Origin: an uncultured Lachnospiraceae bacterium
GTDB lineage: Bacteria > Bacillota > Clostridia > Lachnospirales > Lachnospiraceae
Direction: 5' to 3'
Assembly (NCBI GenBank): GCA_946411695.1
Contig: CAMKEX010000002.1
Coordinates: 6,141-70,140 of the forward strand
DNA: 64,000 nucleotides
Positions 18,210-27,378 of this stretch are shown here, one piece after another. The first letter of the stretch is position 1; each line of letters opens with the position of its first letter. The notes below the pieces were generated by a model. That model had not been told where the DNA came from. It searched no databases and saw nothing but the letters and a program-made list of their open reading frames with translations. The translations under genes and the position numbers were made by a program.

Positions 18210-19244
18210 ATGAATTATATTGATTTTGATGAGTCCAGAAAATATGATCTGATCCTGCTCGGCAGAATCGGCATCGACTTCAATCCTGCTTACAGCGATG
18301 ATGTAAAAGAGGATTTCAAGCCTCTGAAGAAGGTTCACTATTTTGAGAAATTTGTCGGCGGTTCTCCTGCCAACATCGCTGTCGGTATCACACACCACGG
18401 CATGAAGGCCGGTTTCATCGGTAAAGTTTCCGATGATCAGTTCGGTGATTTCGTTGTTGATTATTTCAACGAGCAGGGCATTGACACCTCCAACATCTCC
18501 AGATGCACCAACGGTGAGAAGCTGGGTCTGACCTTCACAGAGATGAAGTCCCCCATCGAGAGCTCCATCCTGATGTATCGTAACCGCGTCGCTGACCTTC
18601 AGCTCTCCGTTGATGATATCAAGGAAGAGTATATCAAGCAGGCAAAGGCTATCCTGATCTCCGGTACTGCACTTGCAGAGAGCCCCTCCAGAGAGGCTGC
18701 CCTCAAGGCTGTTATGCTGGCCAGAAGGGTCGGCACAAAGATCATCTTCGATATCGACTACAGAAACTACAACTGGAAGAACTTCGATGAGATCTCCATC
18801 TACTGCTCCATGGTAGCCAAGGAGTCCACCGTTATCCTCGGATCCAGAGAAGAGTTTGACCTGACTGAGAGAGAGCTTATGCCCGGTCTGTCCGACGAAG
18901 AGAGCGCAAAGATGTGGCACAGCTACCATGCAAGGATCGTCGTTATCAAGCACGGCATGCAGGGCTCCACTGCTTACACTCGTGACGGCCAGAAGTTCTC
19001 CATCCGTCCTTTCCCTGTCCAGGCACGCAAGGGCTTCGGCGGCGGCGACGGCTACGCTTCCGGTTTCCTGTATGGCCTCTTCCACAACTGGGAGATCATC
19101 GACTGCCTCGAGTTCGGCTCTGCAGAGGCTTCCATGATGGTCCGCGCAAACAACTGCTCCGATGCTCTTCCTACTCCCGAGGAAGTTCATGCATTCATTG
19201 CAGAAGAGAAAGCGCTCTATGGCGATATGATCGCCCGCGTCTGA
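18210..19244 (+). CDS. iolC: 5-dehydro-2-deoxygluconokinase
   Basis: 'DLILLGRIGIDFN', 'FVGGSPANIAVG', 'GFIGKVSDDQFG', 'FDIDYR', 'GFGGGDGYASG'. ATG at 18210 after GGAGGG. Confidence 0.9.
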   Translation: MNYIDFDESRKYDLILLGRIGIDFNPAYSDDVKEDFKPLKKVHYFEKFVGGSPANIAVGITHHGMKAGFIGKVSDDQFGDFVVDYFNEQGIDTSNISRCTNGEKLGLTFTEMKSPIESSILMYRNRVADLQLSVDDIKEEYIKQAKAILISGTALAESPSREAALKAVMLARRVGTKIIFDIDYRNYNWKNFDEISIYCSMVAKESTVILGSREEFDLTERELMPGLSDEESAKMWHSYHARIVVIKHGMQGSTAYTRDGQKFSIRPFPVQARKGFGGGDGYASGFLYGLFHNWEIIDCLEFGSAEASMMVRANNCSDALPTPEEVHAFIAEEKALYGDMIARV

Positions 19245-19330
19245 TCTTCAGGCGTACATTTGTGATAAGGGTGTGCTGATTGCAAAATAATACTGCACCT
19301 CTTATAATATTCAATAGCGAGTAAACAGCG

Positions 19331-19368
19331 GCCGGCAGTCACGTTGAAAGTGACTGCCGGCTACTTTA
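19331..19368 (+). terminator. Probable terminator after iolC
   Basis: GCCGGCAGTCAC-gttgaaa-GTGACTGCCGGC then a T-rich tail. Confidence 0.6.
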
Positions 19369-19388
19369 CGTTTCTTAATGAGTCAATA

Positions 19389-19440
19389 GGGACGGTTCCA
19401 AAAAACTCATTGTACACAATGAGTTTTTTGGAACCGTCCC
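19389..19440. repeat. REP-like palindrome with the GGGACGGTTC core, variant
   Basis: Perfect 25-bp inverted repeat GGGACGGTTCCAAAAAACTCATTGT-ac-ACAATGAGTTTTTTGGAACCGTCCC. Confidence 0.85.
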
Positions 19441-19489
19441 CCGTGTCTCATTTCACAAAGGTAAAAAAGATAGAAGGACATGATTCTTT

Positions 19490-22387
19490 ATGAGAAAACT
19501 TGCTTTGCCGGATGAGCTCTTGCTGCAGGTGCAGAAGCCTGCGCGGTATCTGGGAAATGAAATGCATGCGGTCTATAAGGACAGGAATATTCCTGTCCGC
19601 TTTGCCATGTGTTTTCCGGATGTCTATGAAATAGGAATGTCTCATTTGGGAATCCAGATTCTTTATGAGCTCTTCAACCAAAGAGAGGACACCTGGTGTG
19701 AGCGGGTCTTTTCACCTTGGACCGATATGGATCAGCTGATGCGGGAACAAGGGATCCCCCTGTTTGCGCTGGAGTCACAGGATCCGGTAAAGAACTTTGA
19801 TTTTCTGGGATTTACGCTTCAGTTTGAACTCTGCTACGCGAATGTCCTGCAGGTCCTGGATCTGTCCGGAATTCCCCTGCATGCTGCGGAGAGGACGGAG
19901 AAAGATCCGATCGTGATCGGGGGAGGACCCTGTGCCTTCAACCCGGAGCCGATGGCGCGTTTTTTCGATATGTTTTATATCGGGGAAGGAGAGACCTCCT
20001 ACGATCAGCTGCTGGATCTGTACCGGGCCATGAAGGAGAGGGGGGAGAGCCGGGAGGCCTTTTTGTGTGCCGCTTCCCGGGTGCCGGGAATCTATGTGCC
20101 CTCGCTGTATGAAGTGACTTACAAAGAGGACGGGACCCTTGCTTCCTTTGTACCGAAAAAATACGGTGTCAGCTCTTCTTTCTTTGACAGAGAAGAATCC
20201 GCCCCGGCCCGCGTCCGCAGGCAGGTGGCGGCTGATCTGGATGACAAAGAGCGGGCGCCTTACCCGACAAAGCCCCTGATCCCCTTTATCACGGTGACCC
20301 AGGACCGGGTGGCGGTGGAACTGCAGCGCGGGTGCATCCGCGGCTGTCGTTTCTGCCAGGCGGGAATGATCTATCGTCCCAACAGGGAACGGGATCTTTC
20401 CACTGTGAAAAAATATGCGGATCTGATGCTGGACAGCACAGGCCAGGATGATATTCTGCTGAGTTCTCTGAGCTCCAGTGATTATTCCTGCATCCATGAG
20501 ATCGTCGATTATATTTCGGACCATCGGGAAGAGGACCGGGTCAAGCTCCAGGTGCCTTCCCTCAGGATCGATGCCTTTTCCCTGGACCTGATGGCCAGGG
20601 TCCAGGATGTCCGCAGGAGCAGTCTGACCTTTGCGCCCGAGGCGGGTTCGCAGAGGCTGCGCGATGTCATCAACAAGGGGATTACGGAGGAAGAGATCCT
20701 GAACGGGGCAAGAGAAGCCTTCCGGGGAGGCTGGAACAAGGTCAAGCTCTATTTCATGCTGGGACTTCCTACGGAGACGGAGGAGGACCGCGTTGCTATT
20801 TCCGACCTGGCCAATAAAATCTCTGCCGCCTATTATGAAGAGGTGCCTAAAGAAAAGAGGAACGGCCGCTGCCAGATCACAGTGAGCACTTCCTTCTTCG
20901 TTCCCAAGCCCTTTACACCCTTCCAGTGGGCGCCCATGTACCATTCCGGGGATTATCTGGGATTTGCTGCGACGGTCAACCACGCGATCTATGCGGCTCA
21001 CAATCACAGGAGCATCCGCTACAGCTGGCACGATTCCAGGATGATCTTCCTGGAGGGAATTCTGGCCAGGGGTGACCGCCGCACAGCGGATCTCATTCAG
21101 GAAGCCTACAGGCTGGGGGCAGTGTTTGACTGCTGGCTGGATACCTGGGACTATGCCCGATGGGAGCAGGCGGCTGCCAATATCGGCATGGATGTGGATT
21201 TTTATGCCCTGCGGGAGAGGGACAAGGACGAGATCCTGCCCTGGGATTTCATTGATGTCGGAGTGCGCCGGGATTTCCTCTGGAAGGAGTGGGAGAAGGC
21301 TCACATGGCTGTCCTGACCCCCAACTGCCGCGAGGCCTGCAGCGGCTGCGGAGCGGCGGAGTACGGCTGCGGTGTGTGCCTGCGTAAAAAGGCATCTGAC
21401 CGGATAGAAAAAGAGAGTACAGAGACCTCGGAAAAGGCCGCAGAGCTTCATGCAGAGGGCACGGAAAAGGCCGCAGAGCTTCATGAAGAGGTCAAAGAGA
21501 AGGCTGTGGAGAAGCCTGCAGATAAGCCTGCAGATCTCTCAGAACCATCAGAGGAAATCTGTATCCGTGCCAGAATTCGCCTGGCCAAATACGGGCCGAT
21601 GAAGTTTATCGGACATCTGGAGCTGATGCGCTTTTTGCAGAAATGTCTGCGGCGCACGGATATTGATGTGCATTATTCGGATGGCATCACGCCCCGCATG
21701 ATCATGTCAACGGCTATGCCGCTGGGGCTTGGTCTGGAGAGCAGCGGCGAGTATGTCGACCTTGAGCTTGGCAGGCCGGTCAGCACAGAGCATGCGCTGG
21801 AACAGCTGCGTCCCATGATGCCTGAAGGGCTTGAGATCCTGGATTTCAGACAGGTCGGTGAGATCGTTCCGGAGGGCGGAGGAACTGCCAAAAAGCCCGA
21901 GAAAGCCATGTCCGTCGTTGCGGCTGCGGAGTACGATGTCTGCTTCAGAGACAGCTATAGACCGCCCGGGAACTGGCAGCAGATACTCCTGGACTTTGTC
22001 GGGCAGGAGGAGATTATCTGGACCAAGGAGACCAAAAAAGGCTTCCGCACACTGGACATGAAGCCTCTGATTTATTCATTTTCCATTACAGAAGATGATC
22101 ATGTGCAGATGTGTGTCTGTTCCCGTGTGGGACAAAATCTACGCCCCGAGCAGTTGGTCGGGGAGGCATTTGTCAGGAAGGGGATTCAGATACCCGGGGA
22201 TGCTCTTCAGATCCGGCGTGTGGATCTTCTGGCCGAGCAGGACCCGGACGGCGTCTGTGTGCGCCAGGGGGACCGCAGAAAAGGCCACGAAGAGCCTTCG
22301 GAGGCGGAAAAAAAGCTGCAGATGCAGGAGCGAAAGCTGATCTCTCTCGGAGAAGTCGGGAAAGTGATTAAAAGAGAAGACTATTAA
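19490..22387 (+). CDS. TIGR03960-like B12-binding radical SAM protein fused to a TIGR03936/DUF2344-like domain
   Basis: 'QKPARYLGNE', CxxxCxxC 'RGCIRGCRFCQAG', 'CSGCGAAEYGCGVC', then 'RIRLAKYGPMKFIGHLELMR'; 965 aa. Confidence 0.85.
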   Translation: MRKLALPDELLLQVQKPARYLGNEMHAVYKDRNIPVRFAMCFPDVYEIGMSHLGIQILYELFNQREDTWCERVFSPWTDMDQLMREQGIPLFALESQDPVKNFDFLGFTLQFELCYANVLQVLDLSGIPLHAAERTEKDPIVIGGGPCAFNPEPMARFFDMFYIGEGETSYDQLLDLYRAMKERGESREAFLCAASRVPGIYVPSLYEVTYKEDGTLASFVPKKYGVSSSFFDREESAPARVRRQVAADLDDKERAPYPTKPLIPFITVTQDRVAVELQRGCIRGCRFCQAGMIYRPNRERDLSTVKKYADLMLDSTGQDDILLSSLSSSDYSCIHEIVDYISDHREEDRVKLQVPSLRIDAFSLDLMARVQDVRRSSLTFAPEAGSQRLRDVINKGITEEEILNGAREAFRGGWNKVKLYFMLGLPTETEEDRVAISDLANKISAAYYEEVPKEKRNGRCQITVSTSFFVPKPFTPFQWAPMYHSGDYLGFAATVNHAIYAAHNHRSIRYSWHDSRMIFLEGILARGDRRTADLIQEAYRLGAVFDCWLDTWDYARWEQAAANIGMDVDFYALRERDKDEILPWDFIDVGVRRDFLWKEWEKAHMAVLTPNCREACSGCGAAEYGCGVCLRKKASDRIEKESTETSEKAAELHAEGTEKAAELHEEVKEKAVEKPADKPADLSEPSEEICIRARIRLAKYGPMKFIGHLELMRFLQKCLRRTDIDVHYSDGITPRMIMSTAMPLGLGLESSGEYVDLELGRPVSTEHALEQLRPMMPEGLEILDFRQVGEIVPEGGGTAKKPEKAMSVVAAAEYDVCFRDSYRPPGNWQQILLDFVGQEEIIWTKETKKGFRTLDMKPLIYSFSITEDDHVQMCVCSRVGQNLRPEQLVGEAFVRKGIQIPGDALQIRRVDLLAEQDPDGVCVRQGDRRKGHEEPSEAEKKLQMQERKLISLGEVGKVIKREDY

Positions 22388-22404
22388 AAATAAATAAGAG
22401 AAAC

Positions 22405-22445
22405 AAAAGACCTTTCGGCGGCATAAAGCAGCTGAAAGGTCTTTT
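22405..22445. terminator. Bidirectional terminator
   Basis: AAAAGACCTTTCGGC...GCTGAAAGGTCTTTT between convergent genes. Confidence 0.75.
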
Positions 22446-22475
22446 CAAATCCGCCTGAGCGGTAGTCAAACCATT

Positions 22476-23447
22476 CTATCTGTGCGGGGGACGCACGATT
22501 TTGCTGAACTGGGTGGAGTAGTACCAGGGCTGTGTTCCGCCGACATCCTTGTCCCGGTATTCCTTGGGGGTGCAGCCCATGGCCTCCCGGAAGACTTTGC
22601 CGAAATAGCTGGGAGAACTGAAACCGCACTCTTCGCTGATCTCGATAATGCTCTTGGCACTGTCGGCCAAAAGGTCGGCTGCCATGGCGAGGCGGGTCTG
22701 TGTGAGATAGACAATGGGGGATGTGTTGATACAGCGGGCAAAGCAGCGTGTGCACTCGCGGGTGCTGATATCCGCCGCAGCGGCAATATCCTCCAGGGTG
22801 AGCTTCTCACCGCAGTGGTCCTTGATAAACTGCGTCATCAGCTTGAGGCGCTCTGTGTCAGCGGAGTTGCTCCTGACGATCTCCGAGGCCTGAGACCGCA
22901 CTGCCTCGGTATCCTGCATGAGCATCTTCCAGAAATCGCTGAGGCGGCTGCGCAGATCAAACTCGTAGCCGAAGGGCTCCTCGCGGCTGAGTTCCACCGT
23001 GCGGAGTACGGCTTCGACCATTTTCAGATGCAGCATGGAGTCCGGCTTTACATGCCAGAAGGGGAGCGCACTGCTCCGCATGACGGGGAGGATATATTTT
23101 TCCTCGTAAATGCTGTTGTACATTCCGGACAGAAAATGCATGTCGAACTGGATCGTATTGTACTCGCAGGGCGTGCTGCCTATGGCTGTGCAGGAGTGCA
23201 GAACGCCGTTGTTGATAAAATCGATCTCGCCGGCAGTGACAATATGCGTTGCGTCCGGAGTCTGCAGCGAGAGTTCGCCCCTGACGACATAGTTGATCTC
23301 AAACATGTTGTGCCAGTGCCAGGGAATGGACTTTTCCGGATTGCAGTCAAGCCTGGTAGTGCTGCATAAATAGGGGAAGGATTCTTTTGCAATGGGGAGG
23401 ATTTCCTTCTGTTCCTCGTCTGTGTTGATATTTGTATGAAGCAGCAT
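22476..23447 (-). CDS. AraC family regulator with cupin sensor domain
   Basis: 'PWHWHNMFEINYV' cupin; 'LTLEDIAAAADIS...ISEECGFSSPSYFGKVFR'. Confidence 0.92.
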   Translation of the reverse strand: MLLHTNINTDEEQKEILPIAKESFPYLCSTTRLDCNPEKSIPWHWHNMFEINYVVRGELSLQTPDATHIVTAGEIDFINNGVLHSCTAIGSTPCEYNTIQFDMHFLSGMYNSIYEEKYILPVMRSSALPFWHVKPDSMLHLKMVEAVLRTVELSREEPFGYEFDLRSRLSDFWKMLMQDTEAVRSQASEIVRSNSADTERLKLMTQFIKDHCGEKLTLEDIAAAADISTRECTRCFARCINTSPIVYLTQTRLAMAADLLADSAKSIIEISEECGFSSPSYFGKVFREAMGCTPKEYRDKDVGGTQPWYYSTQFSKIVRPPHR

Positions 23448-23901
23448 AATCTTATTATTCTTGTCTTTTTGATGAGTTGTTTTCCTGAAAGCTACCTGTT
23501 TTGTATATGAATATTGCGACTGTACAGTCTTGAACTATAGCAAGCTAAACGTACACTATTTTTGAGCAATTGGCAATATTTTTTGTATCAAAAAGGACGG
23601 TGGGAAAAACAGACAGTCGGAGGTCACACCGCGGCCGGTTCCGACCATCTGCTGCCGGAAGACGGTGGTGCAGGACTTGCATTTTCCCCGGCAGAGCGTG
23701 ATAATACATGCGTCTGACGATGGATAAATCATCGTATCTGACCAGAAACTGTAATATTGGGCAGCCGGCGGCTGCCATTCTGCCGCGTGTCGGATTGTGT
23801 CCGCCCGAAGCTGCGAGCCGGTCGGCATGACGGACCGTGTCCGGCTCGAGGCCGCAGCAACTCGAAAACCTGAACGGCTGAAAATGAAAAAATGACAGAA
23901 T

Positions 23902-25329
23902 ATGATGAGTGACAACAAAGAGAAGAATGCAGCACCGGAGGGAGAAAAGGGGAAAATCGAGATTCGGAAAGAAGACAGGCGGATCTATATCCTGAGCCGG
24001 GAGAAGCCGGAGCTGGCTGTGATCAAGCTGGGCGTCCCCCTGATCGCGGGCATGTTCATCATGGTGCTCTATAACCTGGTTGACACCTACTTTATCGGGC
24101 TGATGCGGGATGACTATCAGCTGGCGGCGGTCAATCTGGCCTATCCGGTCATGATGATCTCCATTGCCATTTCGAATATGATCGGCACAGGGGCCTCCTC
24201 CCTGATCGCCAGGAGCCTGGGGGCGGAAGACAGAGCGAAAGCCAGGCATACCCTGACCGTGGGTTTCGAGCTCACAATTTTCAACAGCCTGCTTGTGACT
24301 GCTGTCGGCACGGTCTTCCTCACCGCCATCGTGCGGGGGCTGGGTGCCCAGAGCAATACCTTTGAATACACGCGGCAGTATGTGCAGGTCATCCTGCTTG
24401 GCAGCGTCTTTACCATGGGAAACTATACCTTCGGCCAGCTTCTCAGGAGCGAGGGGTCGGTAAAGCATTCGATCGCGGGAATGATCGTCGGGACCATAGT
24501 CAACATTATCCTGGACCCTGTGTTTATTTTCACCCTGGGATTGCAGATCAGGGGCGCCGCGATCGCGACCATCCTGGGGAACGCGGCCGGCATGTGTGTC
24601 TCGCTGTGGATGTATGCAGGGGGAAAGTCACTGCTGACGCCTTCTCTTGCGTATTTAAGACCGACCGGGGAAATCCTGCGGGAAATCTTCTGGGTCGGAG
24701 TGCCCGCGACGCTGGAGACGCTTCTGACTTCGGCAGCCTATATCGTAAATAATAATCTCGCGGTGGCATACGGAGAGCTGACGGTTGCTGCCATGGGGAT
24801 CGCGCAGAAGATCCTGTCCCTGGGCAATTATATTTATCAGGGATTCGCGGCGGGAACCCAGCCCATCATGGGCTATAACTACGGAGCAGCAAATTATAAG
24901 AGGATGAAGGATGTGCTCCGTGCCGGACTTCTGGTGGTCAGCGGAACAGAGCTCTGTGTCATGGCGGTCTACGGCATTTTCGCTCCGCAGCTGATCGGGA
25001 TTTTTACCGATTCCCCTGAAGTCATCGCCACGGGAAGCCGTGTGCTGCGGACAATCATGTGCATCCTGCCCTTCGTCGGGGCGGTTTCCATGAGCCGCAT
25101 GTCATTTCAGGCCATGGGAAAACCTCAGTACGCATTCGCGATCACGCTGGTGAGGCAGTTCTTCCTCTATATTCCGCTCCTCCTGCTCCTGAACCGTCTG
25201 TTCGGCTTCGGCGGCATGATCTGGGCCCAGCCTGTGACGGAGATGATCATGATGGCAGTGTCGGTATCTCTTCTGGTCTCAGTGATCCGCAGAGAAGATC
25301 GTGCCGGGCGAAAAAGCCCGGATCCATAA
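23902..25329 (+). CDS. MATE family efflux transporter
   Basis: 'LYNLVDTYFIG', 'LRSEG', 'NIILDPVFIF', 'GAAIAT', 'QPIMGYNYGA'. Confidence 0.93.
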   Translation: MMSDNKEKNAAPEGEKGKIEIRKEDRRIYILSREKPELAVIKLGVPLIAGMFIMVLYNLVDTYFIGLMRDDYQLAAVNLAYPVMMISIAISNMIGTGASSLIARSLGAEDRAKARHTLTVGFELTIFNSLLVTAVGTVFLTAIVRGLGAQSNTFEYTRQYVQVILLGSVFTMGNYTFGQLLRSEGSVKHSIAGMIVGTIVNIILDPVFIFTLGLQIRGAAIATILGNAAGMCVSLWMYAGGKSLLTPSLAYLRPTGEILREIFWVGVPATLETLLTSAAYIVNNNLAVAYGELTVAAMGIAQKILSLGNYIYQGFAAGTQPIMGYNYGAANYKRMKDVLRAGLLVVSGTELCVMAVYGIFAPQLIGIFTDSPEVIATGSRVLRTIMCILPFVGAVSMSRMSFQAMGKPQYAFAITLVRQFFLYIPLLLLLNRLFGFGGMIWAQPVTEMIMMAVSVSLLVSVIRREDRAGRKSPDP

Positions 25330-25715
25330 TGAGAAAAGAGATGCTTTACTGTATTCGCTGTTGACAGGATGCATACAGTAACCGGGATGCACATAGTAAT
25401 CAGGATGCATATGGTGAGTAACAATAAAAAAGCAGCCTCTTCCTGACCTTTCGTGTCTCTGCACGGAATCATCGGAAGCGGCTGCTCCTTGTTTTTTATT
25501 ATATGAAATGACTCACTGTCTGTCCGGCCCTCAGTCCGGAGCGGATGTCATCGGGTGAATTTTATGATTTGCTGTTTTTTGTATCAATATTAAAAGCCCC
25601 TGTCCGGTTCTCGGTCCGGCGCGGGGAGTGAAAGGTATTTTAAAAAAGTGTGCGATCAGTCTGCCCCGTCCGGCCCTCAGTCCGGCAATAGAGCAGCAGG
25701 CCGCAGTAATGATCT

Positions 25716-25889
25716 TTAGAAGATGGAGAGCAGGACTGCAGTTATGCGCTGCAGAAGATTTCCCTTCTTCTGTGAGCCTGTCTCTGTGAGAAAGTCTTCG
25801 CAGTACTCGTAGCGCTCTGCGCGGGCCCATCCGGGGATGCGGTGCTGATCGGTGTATTTGTCGTAATAAACAACTCCCATGATTGACAT
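25716..25889 (-). CDS. Small hypothetical protein (57 aa)
   Basis: AAGGAGG RBS (25898-25904) upstream of ATG 25889: MSIMGVVYYDKYTDQHRIPGWARAERYEYCEDFLTETGSQKKGNLLQRITAVLLSIF. Confidence 0.6.
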   Translation of the reverse strand: MSIMGVVYYDKYTDQHRIPGWARAERYEYCEDFLTETGSQKKGNLLQRITAVLLSIF

Positions 25890-26107
25890 AGTATTTTCCT
25901 CCTTCATGAATGCGGGACAGGTAAATCGATGTGTCCCGGCGGATGACGGGGTGTGCTTTCCGCATCCTTGTATTTTTCCTGTTTTGTTTTCTAAGAACAT
26001 GGTATCATATTAAAAATAGATTTCTATGGGCTGATATACAAAATGTGTGAGATCTTTTTTGTGCTTCGGGCACAAAGACTGCTTCTGATAGAAGGGAAGG
26101 TGCTGAC

Positions 26108-27259
26108 ATGGGATTTACCATAGAGGACATGCTGGTCGTCTCGGCGGATAAATATCAAATGAAGCTGGAGGCGGGAGAGAAAGGGTGGTCGAATTCCATC
26201 AGCTGGCTTTTGATGCTGGAGGATCTGACGATCATTCAGAATTTCAGCGGCAAGGAACTGGCGGTCACGACCGGGCTGGGCTTTCAGACAGAGGAGAAGA
26301 TGCTGGATCTGGTGCGGGAGCTGTCCTGGCACAATGCGGCAGGTCTGATCGTCAACACGGGATATTACATCAGGGAGATACCGGAGGAGGTAAGGCGCTT
26401 GTGCGACCATTATGACCTGCCTCTGCTCACGGTACCATGGGAAGTATATCTGGCGGATATGATCAAGGATATGAGTATCCGGATCTTCCTGCAGTCTTCG
26501 ACGGACGAGCAGATTTCCGCTGCTCTGATCCGGGCGATCGAGAGCCCGGGATCCAGGGATCTGTACGAGAAGGAGCTTCTTCCCCACTTTGATCTGGACG
26601 GAACCTTTCAGACTGCCCTGGTCACCACAGGCAATCTGGATTCCATGGACACTGTGGAGCGCAAGCGGATCGCCTACAGGATGCAGCTCTACCTGACCAA
26701 CCTGACCCACAACGGTCATTTTCTCTATTACGACGGATATTTTGTGATCGTTATGAACGACATGAAGCCGGAAGAGTGCGCGGATGTCATGGAGGCCTTC
26801 GCGGACCGGGCGGCAAGAAAAATGCCGGAGCGCCGGGTATGGGTCGGCGTCAGTGATCAGGTGACGGATATTTCCAACCTGCGGCTTTCCTTCCGGCGCG
26901 CAAGAGCAGCAGTGACAATGGCTGAAAATGTCGATGACAGTATACAGTTTTTTGATAAAATGGGTTTGTATCGTCTGCTCTATATGGTGGATGATCCCCT
27001 GCTTCTGAAAAGCCTCTCGGATCATCTGCTGCAGCCCCTCCTGGAATATGACGGCCAGCACGGAGGCGGATATCTGGAAACGCTCGAATCCTATCTGAAA
27101 AACTCCGGCAGCATCAAGGCGATGGCAGACGAGCTTTTCATCCACAGAAATACGATTCTCTACCGCATGACGAACATCAAAAAGCTTCTCGGGTCCAATC
27201 TGGAGGATTCAAGGGAACGCATGATGTTTGCAATTGCATGTATGATCCGGAAAATGTAG
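26108..27259 (+). CDS. PucR family transcriptional regulator
   Basis: N-terminal PucR domain 'ELAVTTG...AGLIVN..LPLLTVP'; C-terminal 'LETLESYL..SGSIKAMADELFIHRNTILYR'. Confidence 0.92.
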   Translation: MGFTIEDMLVVSADKYQMKLEAGEKGWSNSISWLLMLEDLTIIQNFSGKELAVTTGLGFQTEEKMLDLVRELSWHNAAGLIVNTGYYIREIPEEVRRLCDHYDLPLLTVPWEVYLADMIKDMSIRIFLQSSTDEQISAALIRAIESPGSRDLYEKELLPHFDLDGTFQTALVTTGNLDSMDTVERKRIAYRMQLYLTNLTHNGHFLYYDGYFVIVMNDMKPEECADVMEAFADRAARKMPERRVWVGVSDQVTDISNLRLSFRRARAAVTMAENVDDSIQFFDKMGLYRLLYMVDDPLLLKSLSDHLLQPLLEYDGQHGGGYLETLESYLKNSGSIKAMADELFIHRNTILYRMTNIKKLLGSNLEDSRERMMFAIACMIRKM

Positions 27260-27378
27260 CAGGAAAAGTCCCGGCAGGGCAGAGAATGCATACGGAAGGC
27301 AGAGCGTTTTCAGAGGTGTACATCTGCAGTGTACATCTGTATGGGAAAGTGTAAAGGAAAGAATAAAAGGAGCATGTT

